In this document: positions 1-7,787 of the stretch, one piece after another
Numbering within the stretch: position 1 is the stretch's first letter
Layout of the letters: every line of letters starts with the position of its first letter
Assembly (NCBI GenBank): GCA_963695095.1
Contig: CAVOFT010000001.1
Coordinates: 1,888,001 to 1,952,000 of the forward strand
Direction: 5' to 3'
Length of the DNA: 64,000 nucleotides
From: an uncultured bacterium
Lineage (GTDB): Bacteria; Krumholzibacteriota; Krumholzibacteriia; JACNKJ01
Notes under the pieces: generated by a model
The model's input: only the letters and a program-made list of their open reading frames with translations
Database searches by the model: none
What the model was told of the DNA's origin: nothing
Made by a program: the position numbers and the translations under genes

Positions 1-99
1 ACGGAGATCTTCCTGCCCGGCCTGACGGTCCTGGCCTTCGGCGAAGTGCCCGCCGGGACCGAGGTCAATGCCCTGGGGATGGTGAACCTCGATGACTGA
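1..99 (+). CDS. flhA: Flagellar export protein FlhA, C-terminal fragment (truncated by window edge)
   Basis: Frame 1 reads TEIFLPGLTVLAFGEVPAGTEVNALGMVNLDD-stop, resembling the FlhA C-terminus (LP.L.VL...E.P....V...G.V); overlaps the start of the flhF-like gene. Confidence 0.8.
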   Translation, partial: TEIFLPGLTVLAFGEVPAGTEVNALGMVNLDD

Positions 100-1138
100 G
101 CAGACGGTGGTCGCGCGCGACCTGCGTAGCGCGCTGCGGACGGTTCGGCAGCGTTTCGGCGACGAGGCCCTGATTCTGGAAACGCGTGCGCGGCGGCGGC
201 CACTGGCCGGCAGCCTCCGCCTGGCCGATGAAATCGAGTTGCGGGTGGGGCTGCCGGGGCCGACGGACAGCCCCGGCAGGGCCGAGCGCAGCCTGGCCGC
301 CGAGCTCGAGCGACTCGAGCGCCTGATCGCCGACATGGAGTCGGCGCTGACCCTGCCCGAGCCGGCCTACCCACTGGCGGCTGCGCTCGCCGAGCTGGGC
401 GTGTTGCCCGAGACGCTGGCCCGCCTGAGCGCGGATCACGCCGAGGAGGTGCCGCCGGTCGACCAGGAGCGGGTGGAGCCGGCCTTGGCCCGCCTGGCGC
501 TCGCGCTGCCCTGCCTGGAGGCGATGGCGGCGGCCGATCTGCGCGGCTTCCACGCCCTCCTGGGCGCCGCGGGCGTGGGGCGCAGCACCCTGGCCATGAA
601 GCTCTGCGCCGCCGCCGCCGCCAGCGGGACGGATGCCGTGCACCTCGCCTTCGCGCCCACCCACGCGGGCGAGCGGATGCGGCTGGAGGCGGAGGCGATG
701 GCCGCCGGTCACGAGGTCGTCCTCGCCGTCGACGGCGCGGCGCTCGGCGAGGCCCTGCGCTATCTGCAGCGCCGCGATCTGGTCATCGTCGACATGCCGG
801 CCTTCCAGCCCGAGCAACTCGGGCTGCTCGAGCGGGCGGCCGATGCCGCTGGCGTGCCGATGCTCCTGCGCCATGCCCTGCTCGCCGCCGACGGCTGGGC
901 TCGCCTGGCGCCGGGTCTCGGCGAGGCTGCGCACTATCTGGCCATCACGCGCGCCGATCTGGCCGACCCGCTGCGCCTGGCGCTCGATCTGACGCCCGGG
1001 GCCTCGCCATTGCTCTCCTTCGTGGCCGCGGGCCGGGAGCCCGGCACGCCGCTCGCGCTGGCGACGCCGGCCACCCTGCTGGCCGGTCTGCGGGCTTCCC
1101 TGCGGCCCGCTCGCGCCGAGGCGGGGGCGGGGCGATGA
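92..1138 (+). CDS. flhF: FlhF-like SRP-family GTPase, degenerate motifs
   Basis: N-terminal ALRTVRQRFGDEALILETR is typical of the FlhF B domain; P-loop-like GAAGVGRST, DLVIVD, ITRAD; follows flhA. Confidence 0.75.
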   Translation: MTEQTVVARDLRSALRTVRQRFGDEALILETRARRRPLAGSLRLADEIELRVGLPGPTDSPGRAERSLAAELERLERLIADMESALTLPEPAYPLAAALAELGVLPETLARLSADHAEEVPPVDQERVEPALARLALALPCLEAMAAADLRGFHALLGAAGVGRSTLAMKLCAAAAASGTDAVHLAFAPTHAGERMRLEAEAMAAGHEVVLAVDGAALGEALRYLQRRDLVIVDMPAFQPEQLGLLERAADAAGVPMLLRHALLAADGWARLAPGLGEAAHYLAITRADLADPLRLALDLTPGASPLLSFVAAGREPGTPLALATPATLLAGLRASLRPARAEAGAGR

Positions 1139-1329
1139 CCGGCATGCAGCGCCTGAACGTCCTGGTGGCCATCCTGGCCTTTCTCTACGGCATCTGGCGG
1201 GGCTGGCCCCTGGGGCTCGCCCTGCAGAAGGCCCTGATCGCCTACGTGGCGGTCTTCGGGGCCCAGATCCTGGTGATCATCGGCTTGCTGCGTCTGGCCC
1301 GCGGACCCGCCGAGTCCCGGCGGCCCTAG
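1135..1329 (+). CDS. Small hypothetical membrane protein (64 aa, two predicted TM segments)
   Basis: ATGA overlap with flhF; two hydrophobic stretches; GC-rich third positions. Confidence 0.7.
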   Translation: MTGMQRLNVLVAILAFLYGIWRGWPLGLALQKALIAYVAVFGAQILVIIGLLRLARGPAESRRP

Positions 1330-1345
1330 GCGGTTCGAGGCCGCG

Positions 1346-1361
1346 TGGCACGCTTGCTGCA
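1346..1361 (+). promoter_or_regulatory. Putative sigma54 (-24/-12) promoter for fliA
   Basis: TGGCACG-CTTG-CTGCA with exact GG-N10-GC spacing, intergenic, about 70 nt before the fliA start. Confidence 0.65.
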
Positions 1362-1429
1362 AGGAATCATCGGCGTGATGAGCACGGCCCGCGCCGCGCT
1401 GAGCAACTAGCGGAGAGGACGCGCCCAAC

Positions 1430-2245
1430 TTGGAAAAGGCCCTGGCTTTGTGGGAATCCTACCACCGTGCGCGGTCCCCACGGGATCGTGAGCACCTGAT
1501 CGTCCACTACCTGGGCCTGGTCAGATACGTGGCAGGACGGCTGGCAGCCGGCCTGCCGGATTCGGTCGAAATGGACGACCTGGTCGGCGCCGGCATGATC
1601 GGGCTGATGAAGGCGGTCGAGGCCTTCGACCCCGCCAAGGAAGTCAAGTTCGAGACCTACTCGATCCCGCGCATCCGCGGGGCGATGCTCGACGAGCTGC
1701 GCAACCAGGACTGGTTTCCCCGCTCCGTGCGCCGCAAGGCCAAGCGCATCGACGCGGCCGTCCACGAACTCGAGGCGAGGCTGGGCCGCAGCCCCCGCGA
1801 CGTCGAGCTGGCCCGCCATCTCCACCTGGACCTGGAGGACTTCTACCGGCTTGCCGGCGAGGTCTCCCAGTCGAGCCTGCTGTCGATCGAGGAAGAGCTG
1901 CGGGTGGGCAAGGACGGCACCTATGCCTCGGTGCGGGAGATCCTGTCTGATCTACGCGTTCCCAACGCCTGCGAGCGTCTGGCGGACAAGGAGCTGCGGG
2001 CCATCGTGCTCGAGACGCTGGAGCAGCTCGACGAGAAAGAGCGGCTGGTCCTGACTCTGTACTACTTCGAGGAGCTGACCCTGGCCGAGATCGGCGAGGT
2101 GCTGGGGGTCAGCGAGAGCAGGGTGTGTCAGATCCACGGCAAGGCCGTGGGTCGCTTGCGCCTGCGCGTGCGCAGCCGCACGCGAGAACAACCACTGCCG
2201 TTGCGGCGACCTCTCCGGCGCAAGGAGGCGACGGCGCAGAGCTGA
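1430..2245 (+). CDS. fliA: RNA polymerase sigma-28 factor FliA/WhiG
   Basis: DDLVGAGMIGL, KFETYSIPRIRGAMLDELR..DW.PRS, LYYFEELTLAEIGEVLGVSESRVCQIH; TTG start after GGAGAGGA. Confidence 0.95.
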   Translation: MEKALALWESYHRARSPRDREHLIVHYLGLVRYVAGRLAAGLPDSVEMDDLVGAGMIGLMKAVEAFDPAKEVKFETYSIPRIRGAMLDELRNQDWFPRSVRRKAKRIDAAVHELEARLGRSPRDVELARHLHLDLEDFYRLAGEVSQSSLLSIEEELRVGKDGTYASVREILSDLRVPNACERLADKELRAIVLETLEQLDEKERLVLTLYYFEELTLAEIGEVLGVSESRVCQIHGKAVGRLRLRVRSRTREQPLPLRRPLRRKEATAQS

Positions 2246-2255
2246 CGAGGCGGGC

Positions 2256-2489
2256 ATGGAAGAGATCCATCGCATCGAGAAGCCCACGCCGCCGCCCCCG
2301 CCTGTCGGGGGAGGGACGGCCAGCCAACCGGGCCGGCGCCGGCGAGAGGGCTTCCGGGACTACCTCGAACGCCAAGGGCGCGGCGATCGCTCCGACGAGG
2401 AGCCGCCGGCAGCGCCGCCCCCGGCGGAGACGCCGGCCGCGGACGATGAGGACAGGGAGCGGGGCCGGCTCCTGGACGAGCGCGCCTGA
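2256..2489 (+). CDS. Small hypothetical protein (77 aa)
   Basis: GAGG upstream, fills the gap after fliA; Pro/acidic low complexity, ends GRLLDERA. Confidence 0.6.
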   Translation: MEEIHRIEKPTPPPPPVGGGTASQPGRRRREGFRDYLERQGRGDRSDEEPPAAPPPAETPAADDEDRERGRLLDERA

Positions 2490-2519
2490 GCGGCGGCGCC
2501 GTCGAGAAGGGAGATGCCG

Positions 2520-2894
2520 ATGCGGGAGATCCTGGATTCGCTGCTGCAGGGGGGAAGCCCGACCCTGGCCCTCTGGACGGGGCTCTTCGGCACGGGCCTG
2601 CTCCTGCTGATCGGATTGGCGCGCCGCTTGCGCGCGGATCGGGCTGCGCGCGGGGAATCCGCCCGGCGCGAAGCGCCGCGGCTGGACACCGGGGGCCAGC
2701 GGCGTCAAGCGAAGTCGGCCTACGCTGCCCACAGCGCGGGGGCGGGACCCCTGCCGCCGAAGGACGATGCGGGGCCGTCGTCTTACAATTCTGGCACGAT
2801 GCCGGCCTCCCCGGCTTGCCCCGCCGAACTGAGCCGGCGGATCGATCGCTTGGAGGCCAAGGTGCAGGCGAGGAGAGCCGGGAGTCATGGCTGA
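2520..2894 (+). CDS. Hypothetical protein with N-terminal membrane anchor
   Basis: GGGAG SD; hydrophobic segment LALWTGLFGTGLLLLIGLA; C-terminal coiled-coil-like LSRRIDRLEAKV; start could be 2514. Confidence 0.6.
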   Translation: MREILDSLLQGGSPTLALWTGLFGTGLLLLIGLARRLRADRAARGESARREAPRLDTGGQRRQAKSAYAAHSAGAGPLPPKDDAGPSSYNSGTMPASPACPAELSRRIDRLEAKVQARRAGSHG

Positions 2895-3765
2895 CACCCT
2901 CGACAGACTGATGGCCAGGGTGGGCAAGCTGCCCACGATGCCGCACGTGGCTGCGAAGATCCTCGAGCTGGTCGGTGATCCTACGACGAGCGCGCGCAAG
3001 CTCCAGGTCGTCATCGATAGCGATCAGGTGCTGGCGCTGCGCATCCTCAAGGTCGCCAACAGCGCCCTCTACTCGCTGCCGCGCAAGGTGAAGACCCTGC
3101 GCGAAGCCATCGTCATGCTGGGCTTCAATCACATCCGCAGTCTCGTGCTCGCCGAGGCCATCCAGAATCTCTTCAAGGGCAAAGGCAAGCGGGGCGATCT
3201 GCTCGAGTCCCTGCTCTGGGAACATTCGGTGGGCGCGGCGATCGCCGCCAAGACGGTGGCGCGCGAGATCATGCCCGGACTGAGCGAGGAGGCCTTCGTC
3301 ACCACCTTGGTGCATGACATCGGCAAGCTGATCCTGCTCCAGAGCGACCCGCCGGGCTATCACGAGATCATCCAGGAGATCTACGCCGACTACCGGCCCT
3401 TCAGCGAGCTCGAGCAGGCGCGCTACGGCATGGATCACGCCGAGGTGGGGGCGGCCCTCGCCGCGCGCTGGAATCTGCACGAGGGGGCGGTGGCGGCCAT
3501 CCGGCAGCACCACAGCGACTCGGGCGAGGACGCGCTCATCGATCTGCTGCGCATGGGCAATGCCATGGCCTGGAAGGCCGAGTGGGGATTTCGCAAGGAA
3601 CCGGATCTGGCCCTGGCCAGCCTGCCCTGCGCCCAGCGGCTGGGCCTCGGCGAGGAGCTCCTCGCCAACCTGCTGATCGCCAGCCGCGAGCTGCTCGATG
3701 CCGAGCGGCAGACCTTCGGTGTTCCCGAGCTCGGCCGCTCGCGGCGCGAGGAGGGGGCGGCCTAG
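2887..3765 (+). CDS. HDOD domain protein
   Basis: LPTMP, DQVLALRILKVANS, EAIVMLG, LWEHS, LVHDIGK, DHAEVG..LA.RW.L, HH. Confidence 0.92.
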   Translation: MADTLDRLMARVGKLPTMPHVAAKILELVGDPTTSARKLQVVIDSDQVLALRILKVANSALYSLPRKVKTLREAIVMLGFNHIRSLVLAEAIQNLFKGKGKRGDLLESLLWEHSVGAAIAAKTVAREIMPGLSEEAFVTTLVHDIGKLILLQSDPPGYHEIIQEIYADYRPFSELEQARYGMDHAEVGAALAARWNLHEGAVAAIRQHHSDSGEDALIDLLRMGNAMAWKAEWGFRKEPDLALASLPCAQRLGLGEELLANLLIASRELLDAERQTFGVPELGRSRREEGAA

Positions 3766-3796
3766 CCGAAAGGCAGGCGTCCCGCCCTGAGCCCTC

Positions 3797-3825
3797 TTGA
3801 CAGGCGCGGCGCGGTCGCCTACATT
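3797..3825 (+). promoter_or_regulatory. Putative sigma70 promoter
   Basis: TTGACA-17 nt-TACATT, intergenic. Confidence 0.7.
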
Positions 3826-3879
3826 CCTGCCAAGATGTCAGCCGGACTCTGAATCCATTATTCTGCAAAGGGTTGGACT

Positions 3880-5400
3880 ATGTCGCCGGATCCCGCGGTC
3901 AGGGATGACGGCCTCTTCATCGTCAGCCGCGAACCCTCGCTCCTGGCCGCCATCGAGGGCTGGGGCCCCCTGCTGGGCGCGCCGATCTTCGCCCATCCCA
4001 CACTGCAGGCCGCCTATGCGGCGCTGGAGGCCTATCGGCCCCTGCTTCTCCTGCTCGACCGCCGCAGCGAAGCGGGCAGCGTCCTCGGCCTCCTGCGCAA
4101 GTTGCGGCGCCGGCACCGCGACCTCGAACTGATCCTCCTGGAGAGCCCGCGCAGCGAGAAGGTGCGCCGCGAGGAGCGCCTGGCCGGGGTGGACCTCTTC
4201 ATCGACCTCCCCTTGCCGGATCGCGATCTGCGCCTGCTGCTGGAGCGGCGCGTCCGCCTGAGCCGATTCCGGCGGGACTGCCAGATCATCGGCAAGAGCG
4301 AAGCCCTCGAGCAGATCATCGAGATGATCCTGCACATCGCGCCGACGGACATCAGCGTGCTCATCACGGGGGAGAGCGGCACCGGCAAGGAGCTGATCGC
4401 CCAGACCCTGCACAGCCACAGCCGCCGGGCGCAGGCGCCCTTCCTGGCGCTCAACTGCGGCGCCCTGCCGGAAGGCACGCTCGAGAGCGAGCTCTTCGGC
4501 CACGAGCGGGGCGCTTTCACTGGAGCGACGAACGCCCATCCCGGCCACTTCGAGCGCGCCGACGGCGGCACGCTCTTCCTCGACGAGATCGGCGAGCTGA
4601 GTCCGGCCATCCAGATCCGCCTGCTGCGGGTGCTGGAGACCGGCGAGTTCATCCGCGTGGGCGGGGTGCGCACGCAATCGGCCGATGTCCGCCTGCTGGC
4701 GGCGACGAACCGCGACCTCAATCTCGAGGTGCGCGAGGGCCGTTTCCGCCGCGATCTGCTGCATCGCATCAAGGTGATCGAAGTGCGGGTGCCTCCCCTG
4801 CGCGAGCGGTCCGAGGACATCCCTCTGCTCATCGAGCAGTTCCTGCGCGAGCTCCATGCGAAGGAGGGCACGCCGCTCTTCGAACTGGATCCGGAGCTGC
4901 TCGACGTGCTGATGGAGGCGCCCTGGCTCGGCAACATCCGCGAGCTGCGCAACACGGTGCAGCGGATGGCCGTGCTCGCGCGCGGCTCACGGCTTGGCCT
5001 GGCCGACCTGCCCGCGGATTTCCTCCGCCAGGAGGAGGCGCCGCGGGCCAATCTGCCGGTAGCGCTCAGCCTGCGCCCCGAGGACGCTGAGCGCGAACTG
5101 CTCTATCGTTCGCTGCTCGCCTTGCGCGAGGAGGTGGGGGAGGCGCTGGCCATTTTGCGGCGCTTCGAGCGGGACCTGGCGGGCGAGGCCGCGGGCCCGG
5201 GCCGGGAGGCGGAAGGCTTGAGCGGGCTGGGCCGCGACTTGAGCCGGGCCGAGGGCGGCGTGAGCCTGGAGGCCATGGAGCGGCGCCTGGTAGAGAACGC
5301 TCTGGCCGAGAACCGCGGGCATCGGCGGCGCACGGCGCGGCAACTCGGGATCAGCGAACGGACGCTCTACCGCAAGCTCAAGGAGTACGGCCTGGACTGA
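3880..5400 (+). CDS. Sigma54-dependent enhancer-binding protein (AAA+, Fis-type HTH) with degenerate receiver-like N-terminus
   Basis: GESGTGKE, ESELFGHERGAFTGA, LFLDEIGE, FRRDL, W.GNIREL, LGISERTLYRKL. Confidence 0.93.
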   Translation: MSPDPAVRDDGLFIVSREPSLLAAIEGWGPLLGAPIFAHPTLQAAYAALEAYRPLLLLLDRRSEAGSVLGLLRKLRRRHRDLELILLESPRSEKVRREERLAGVDLFIDLPLPDRDLRLLLERRVRLSRFRRDCQIIGKSEALEQIIEMILHIAPTDISVLITGESGTGKELIAQTLHSHSRRAQAPFLALNCGALPEGTLESELFGHERGAFTGATNAHPGHFERADGGTLFLDEIGELSPAIQIRLLRVLETGEFIRVGGVRTQSADVRLLAATNRDLNLEVREGRFRRDLLHRIKVIEVRVPPLRERSEDIPLLIEQFLRELHAKEGTPLFELDPELLDVLMEAPWLGNIRELRNTVQRMAVLARGSRLGLADLPADFLRQEEAPRANLPVALSLRPEDAERELLYRSLLALREEVGEALAILRRFERDLAGEAAGPGREAEGLSGLGRDLSRAEGGVSLEAMERRLVENALAENRGHRRRTARQLGISERTLYRKLKEYGLD

Positions 5401-5517
5401 AACGGCGGTATTTTCCCTGGCGCCTTGGGCTTGGCTCCCTTAGTATTCAGCGCGTGACCCCCCTCGGCTCGCCCCCTGCGCTGGCAAGGATCCACATTCA
5501 ACGGATGCGGTGAACCC

Positions 5518-6578
5518 ATGCGAAACTCACTCCTGGGCTGGATGCTCTTGCTCTGCACGGCCCTCGCGCTGGCGCCCGCAGCAGCGCAGGCGAAGTACAC
5601 CGCAGACTTCCTCACGAAGGGCACCGGGGCGCGCCCTCTGGCCATGGGCGGGGCCTTCGTCGCCGTCGGCGAGGACAACAATGTCCTCTTCTTCAATCCG
5701 GGCGCCCTGGCGGCCATGGACGGCAGCAGCCTCAGCCTGATGCATGCGGAGCGCTTCGGCGGCCTGGTCCAGGTGGACCACGTCGGCTTCCATCGCTCGC
5801 TGGACCTCTACGGGCGCCGGGCCAGCCTCGGTCTGTCGGTGCTGCGCCTGGGTGTGGACAACATCACCTTCACGGGCGATCATCCCTTCAACGATGGTGC
5901 AGGCGACGGCGAATTGAACGGGGAGTTCGACCATCCCGCAGGAACTGCCCGACGACCATCGACCCCAGCTACTTCCGCACCGTGAGCGACCAGGAGTGGG
6001 GGATCCTCGGCATCTACGCCACGCAGGCGCGCGGCTGGTCCGTGGGCGGCGGCGTCAAGGTCATCTACCAGTCGGTGGGTGAGTTCAACAGCTTCGGATT
6101 CGGCCTCGACGCCGGCGTGCTGAGTCCGCCGCTCGCGCACGGCCTGCGCGCGGGGCTCAAGGTGCAGGATCTCTCGGGCACCTACGTCGCCTGGAGCACG
6201 GGCGTCTCGGAGTTCGTGGCGCCCTCGCTGCGTCCGGGTCTGGCCTGGCGCCGCGCTCTCAGCGGCTTCAATGCCAGCGTGCTCATCGCCGCCGACGCGG
6301 AGCTTCGCTTCGAGGACTACGGCGATGCCGCCACCTGGAGCGGCGGCGGCTTCAGCGTGGATCCCCATCTGGGCGGCGAGCTCTGGCTGCTCGAGACCGT
6401 CGCCCTGCGGCTGGGGCTGGACGGAGAGTCCTGGGCGGCCGGGGGCGGCCTGCGCCTGGCCGGGCGGCAGGGCCTGCTTCCCTGGCGCTTCCTGGAAACC
6501 CTGGCCCTGGACTACGGCTTCGGCAGCCACCCCGATCTCGACGGCAGCCACCGACTGGGCCTGGACCTGCGCTTCTAG
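5518..6578 (+). CDS. PorV/UPF0164-family outer-membrane beta-barrel protein, frameshifted near 5930-5960
   Basis: Signal peptide; GTGARPLAMGGAFVA...NPGAL; GFGLDAG; C-terminal LDYGF...DGSHRLGLDLRF; split into ORFs 5518-5985 and 5982-6578. Confidence 0.8.
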
Positions 6579-6617
6579 CCGGCGCCCCGCGCGAGGCCGG
6601 GCCGGCAAGGGAGAGGG

Positions 6618-7787
6618 ATGGACAGCGTCCTCACGATGATCCTGGCCGGAGGCTCTCCGGACGCCCTCGGCGCTCTCGGGCGCGATCGCGCGAAGACGGC
6701 CGTCCCCTTCGGGGGCCGCTACCGGCTCATCGATTTTTCCCTGAGCAACTGCGTCAACTCCGGTCTGCGCTCCATCAACATCCTCACCCAGTACAACCCG
6801 CGCAGCCTGCGCCGCCACGTGCGGCTGGGCCGGCCCTGGGACCTGGACCGCAGCATCACGGGCGGCGTGCGGGTGCTCCTGCCCTACTCGGGCGCCAATC
6901 AGATGTCCTGGTACCGCGGCACCGCCGATGCGCTGCTCCAGAACCTGGACATCATCCAGCGCAGCGTCAGCCGCTACGTGCTCATCTTGAGCGGCGACCA
7001 CATCTACAAGATGGACTACCGCGAGCTCTTCCACCGGCACATCGTCACCGGCGCCACGATGACGGTGGGCACCCGCCTGCGCCGCCACGGCGACGAGCAT
7101 CGCTACGGCCTCCTCGACGTCGATCCGCGCGGCCAGGTGATCGGCTTCCGCGAAAAGCCGGGCGAATCCTACGGTACGGACGCCAGCATGGGCATCTACT
7201 GCTTCGAGAAGACCTATCTGATGGAGGCGCTGCGCCAAGCCGCCGAACGCGGCGGCACCGACCTCGTGCACGAAGTGGTGATTCCCACGGTGGGCAGCAC
7301 ATCGGTCGTCACCTATCGCTTCGACGGCTACTGGGAGGACGTGCCCGACCTGGAGGCCTACTACCGCGCCAACCTGCTGCTCGTCGACGCGGCGCCGCCG
7401 CTGATCCTGGACGATCCGGGCTGGCCGATCTACACGCACATGGAGAGCGAGAGCCCGACCTGGTTCGGGCCGCAGGCGCAGGTGGAGCGTGCGATCGTGG
7501 GGGCGGGCGGTCGCATCGACGGCCGCGTCCAGGACTCGGTGCTCTTCCCGCAGGTCTCCGTGGCGCCCGGCGCGGTCGTGGAAGGCGCCGTGCTCTTCTC
7601 GGGTTGCCGCGTGGAGGCGGGCGCGCGCATCCACCGGGCCATTCTCGACAAGGGCGTGCGCGTCGGCGCCGGGGCGCGCGTGGTGGGAGCGGAGCGCCTG
7701 CTCGTGCTGCCCAAGCGCAGCGAGGTCGGCGCCGGCGTGGATGCCGCTGCGCCCGGCGCAGTGCTCGTGCGCGGGAGCGAGCGATGA
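6618..7787 (+). CDS. Glucose-1-phosphate adenylyltransferase paralogue (GlgD-like or divergent GlgC)
   Basis: RAKTAVPFGGRYRLIDF.LSN, WYRGTADA, SGDHIYKMDY, EKP, beta-helix C-terminus; GxGxRL replaced by GSPDAL. Confidence 0.8.
   Translation: MDSVLTMILAGGSPDALGALGRDRAKTAVPFGGRYRLIDFSLSNCVNSGLRSINILTQYNPRSLRRHVRLGRPWDLDRSITGGVRVLLPYSGANQMSWYRGTADALLQNLDIIQRSVSRYVLILSGDHIYKMDYRELFHRHIVTGATMTVGTRLRRHGDEHRYGLLDVDPRGQVIGFREKPGESYGTDASMGIYCFEKTYLMEALRQAAERGGTDLVHEVVIPTVGSTSVVTYRFDGYWEDVPDLEAYYRANLLLVDAAPPLILDDPGWPIYTHMESESPTWFGPQAQVERAIVGAGGRIDGRVQDSVLFPQVSVAPGAVVEGAVLFSGCRVEAGARIHRAILDKGVRVGAGARVVGAERLLVLPKRSEVGAGVDAAAPGAVLVRGSER

Noticed and set aside
2792..2806. Second sigma54-like site TGGCACG-ATGC-CGGC before the HDOD gene
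   Set aside because: Inside a CDS, and the -12 element is a poor match
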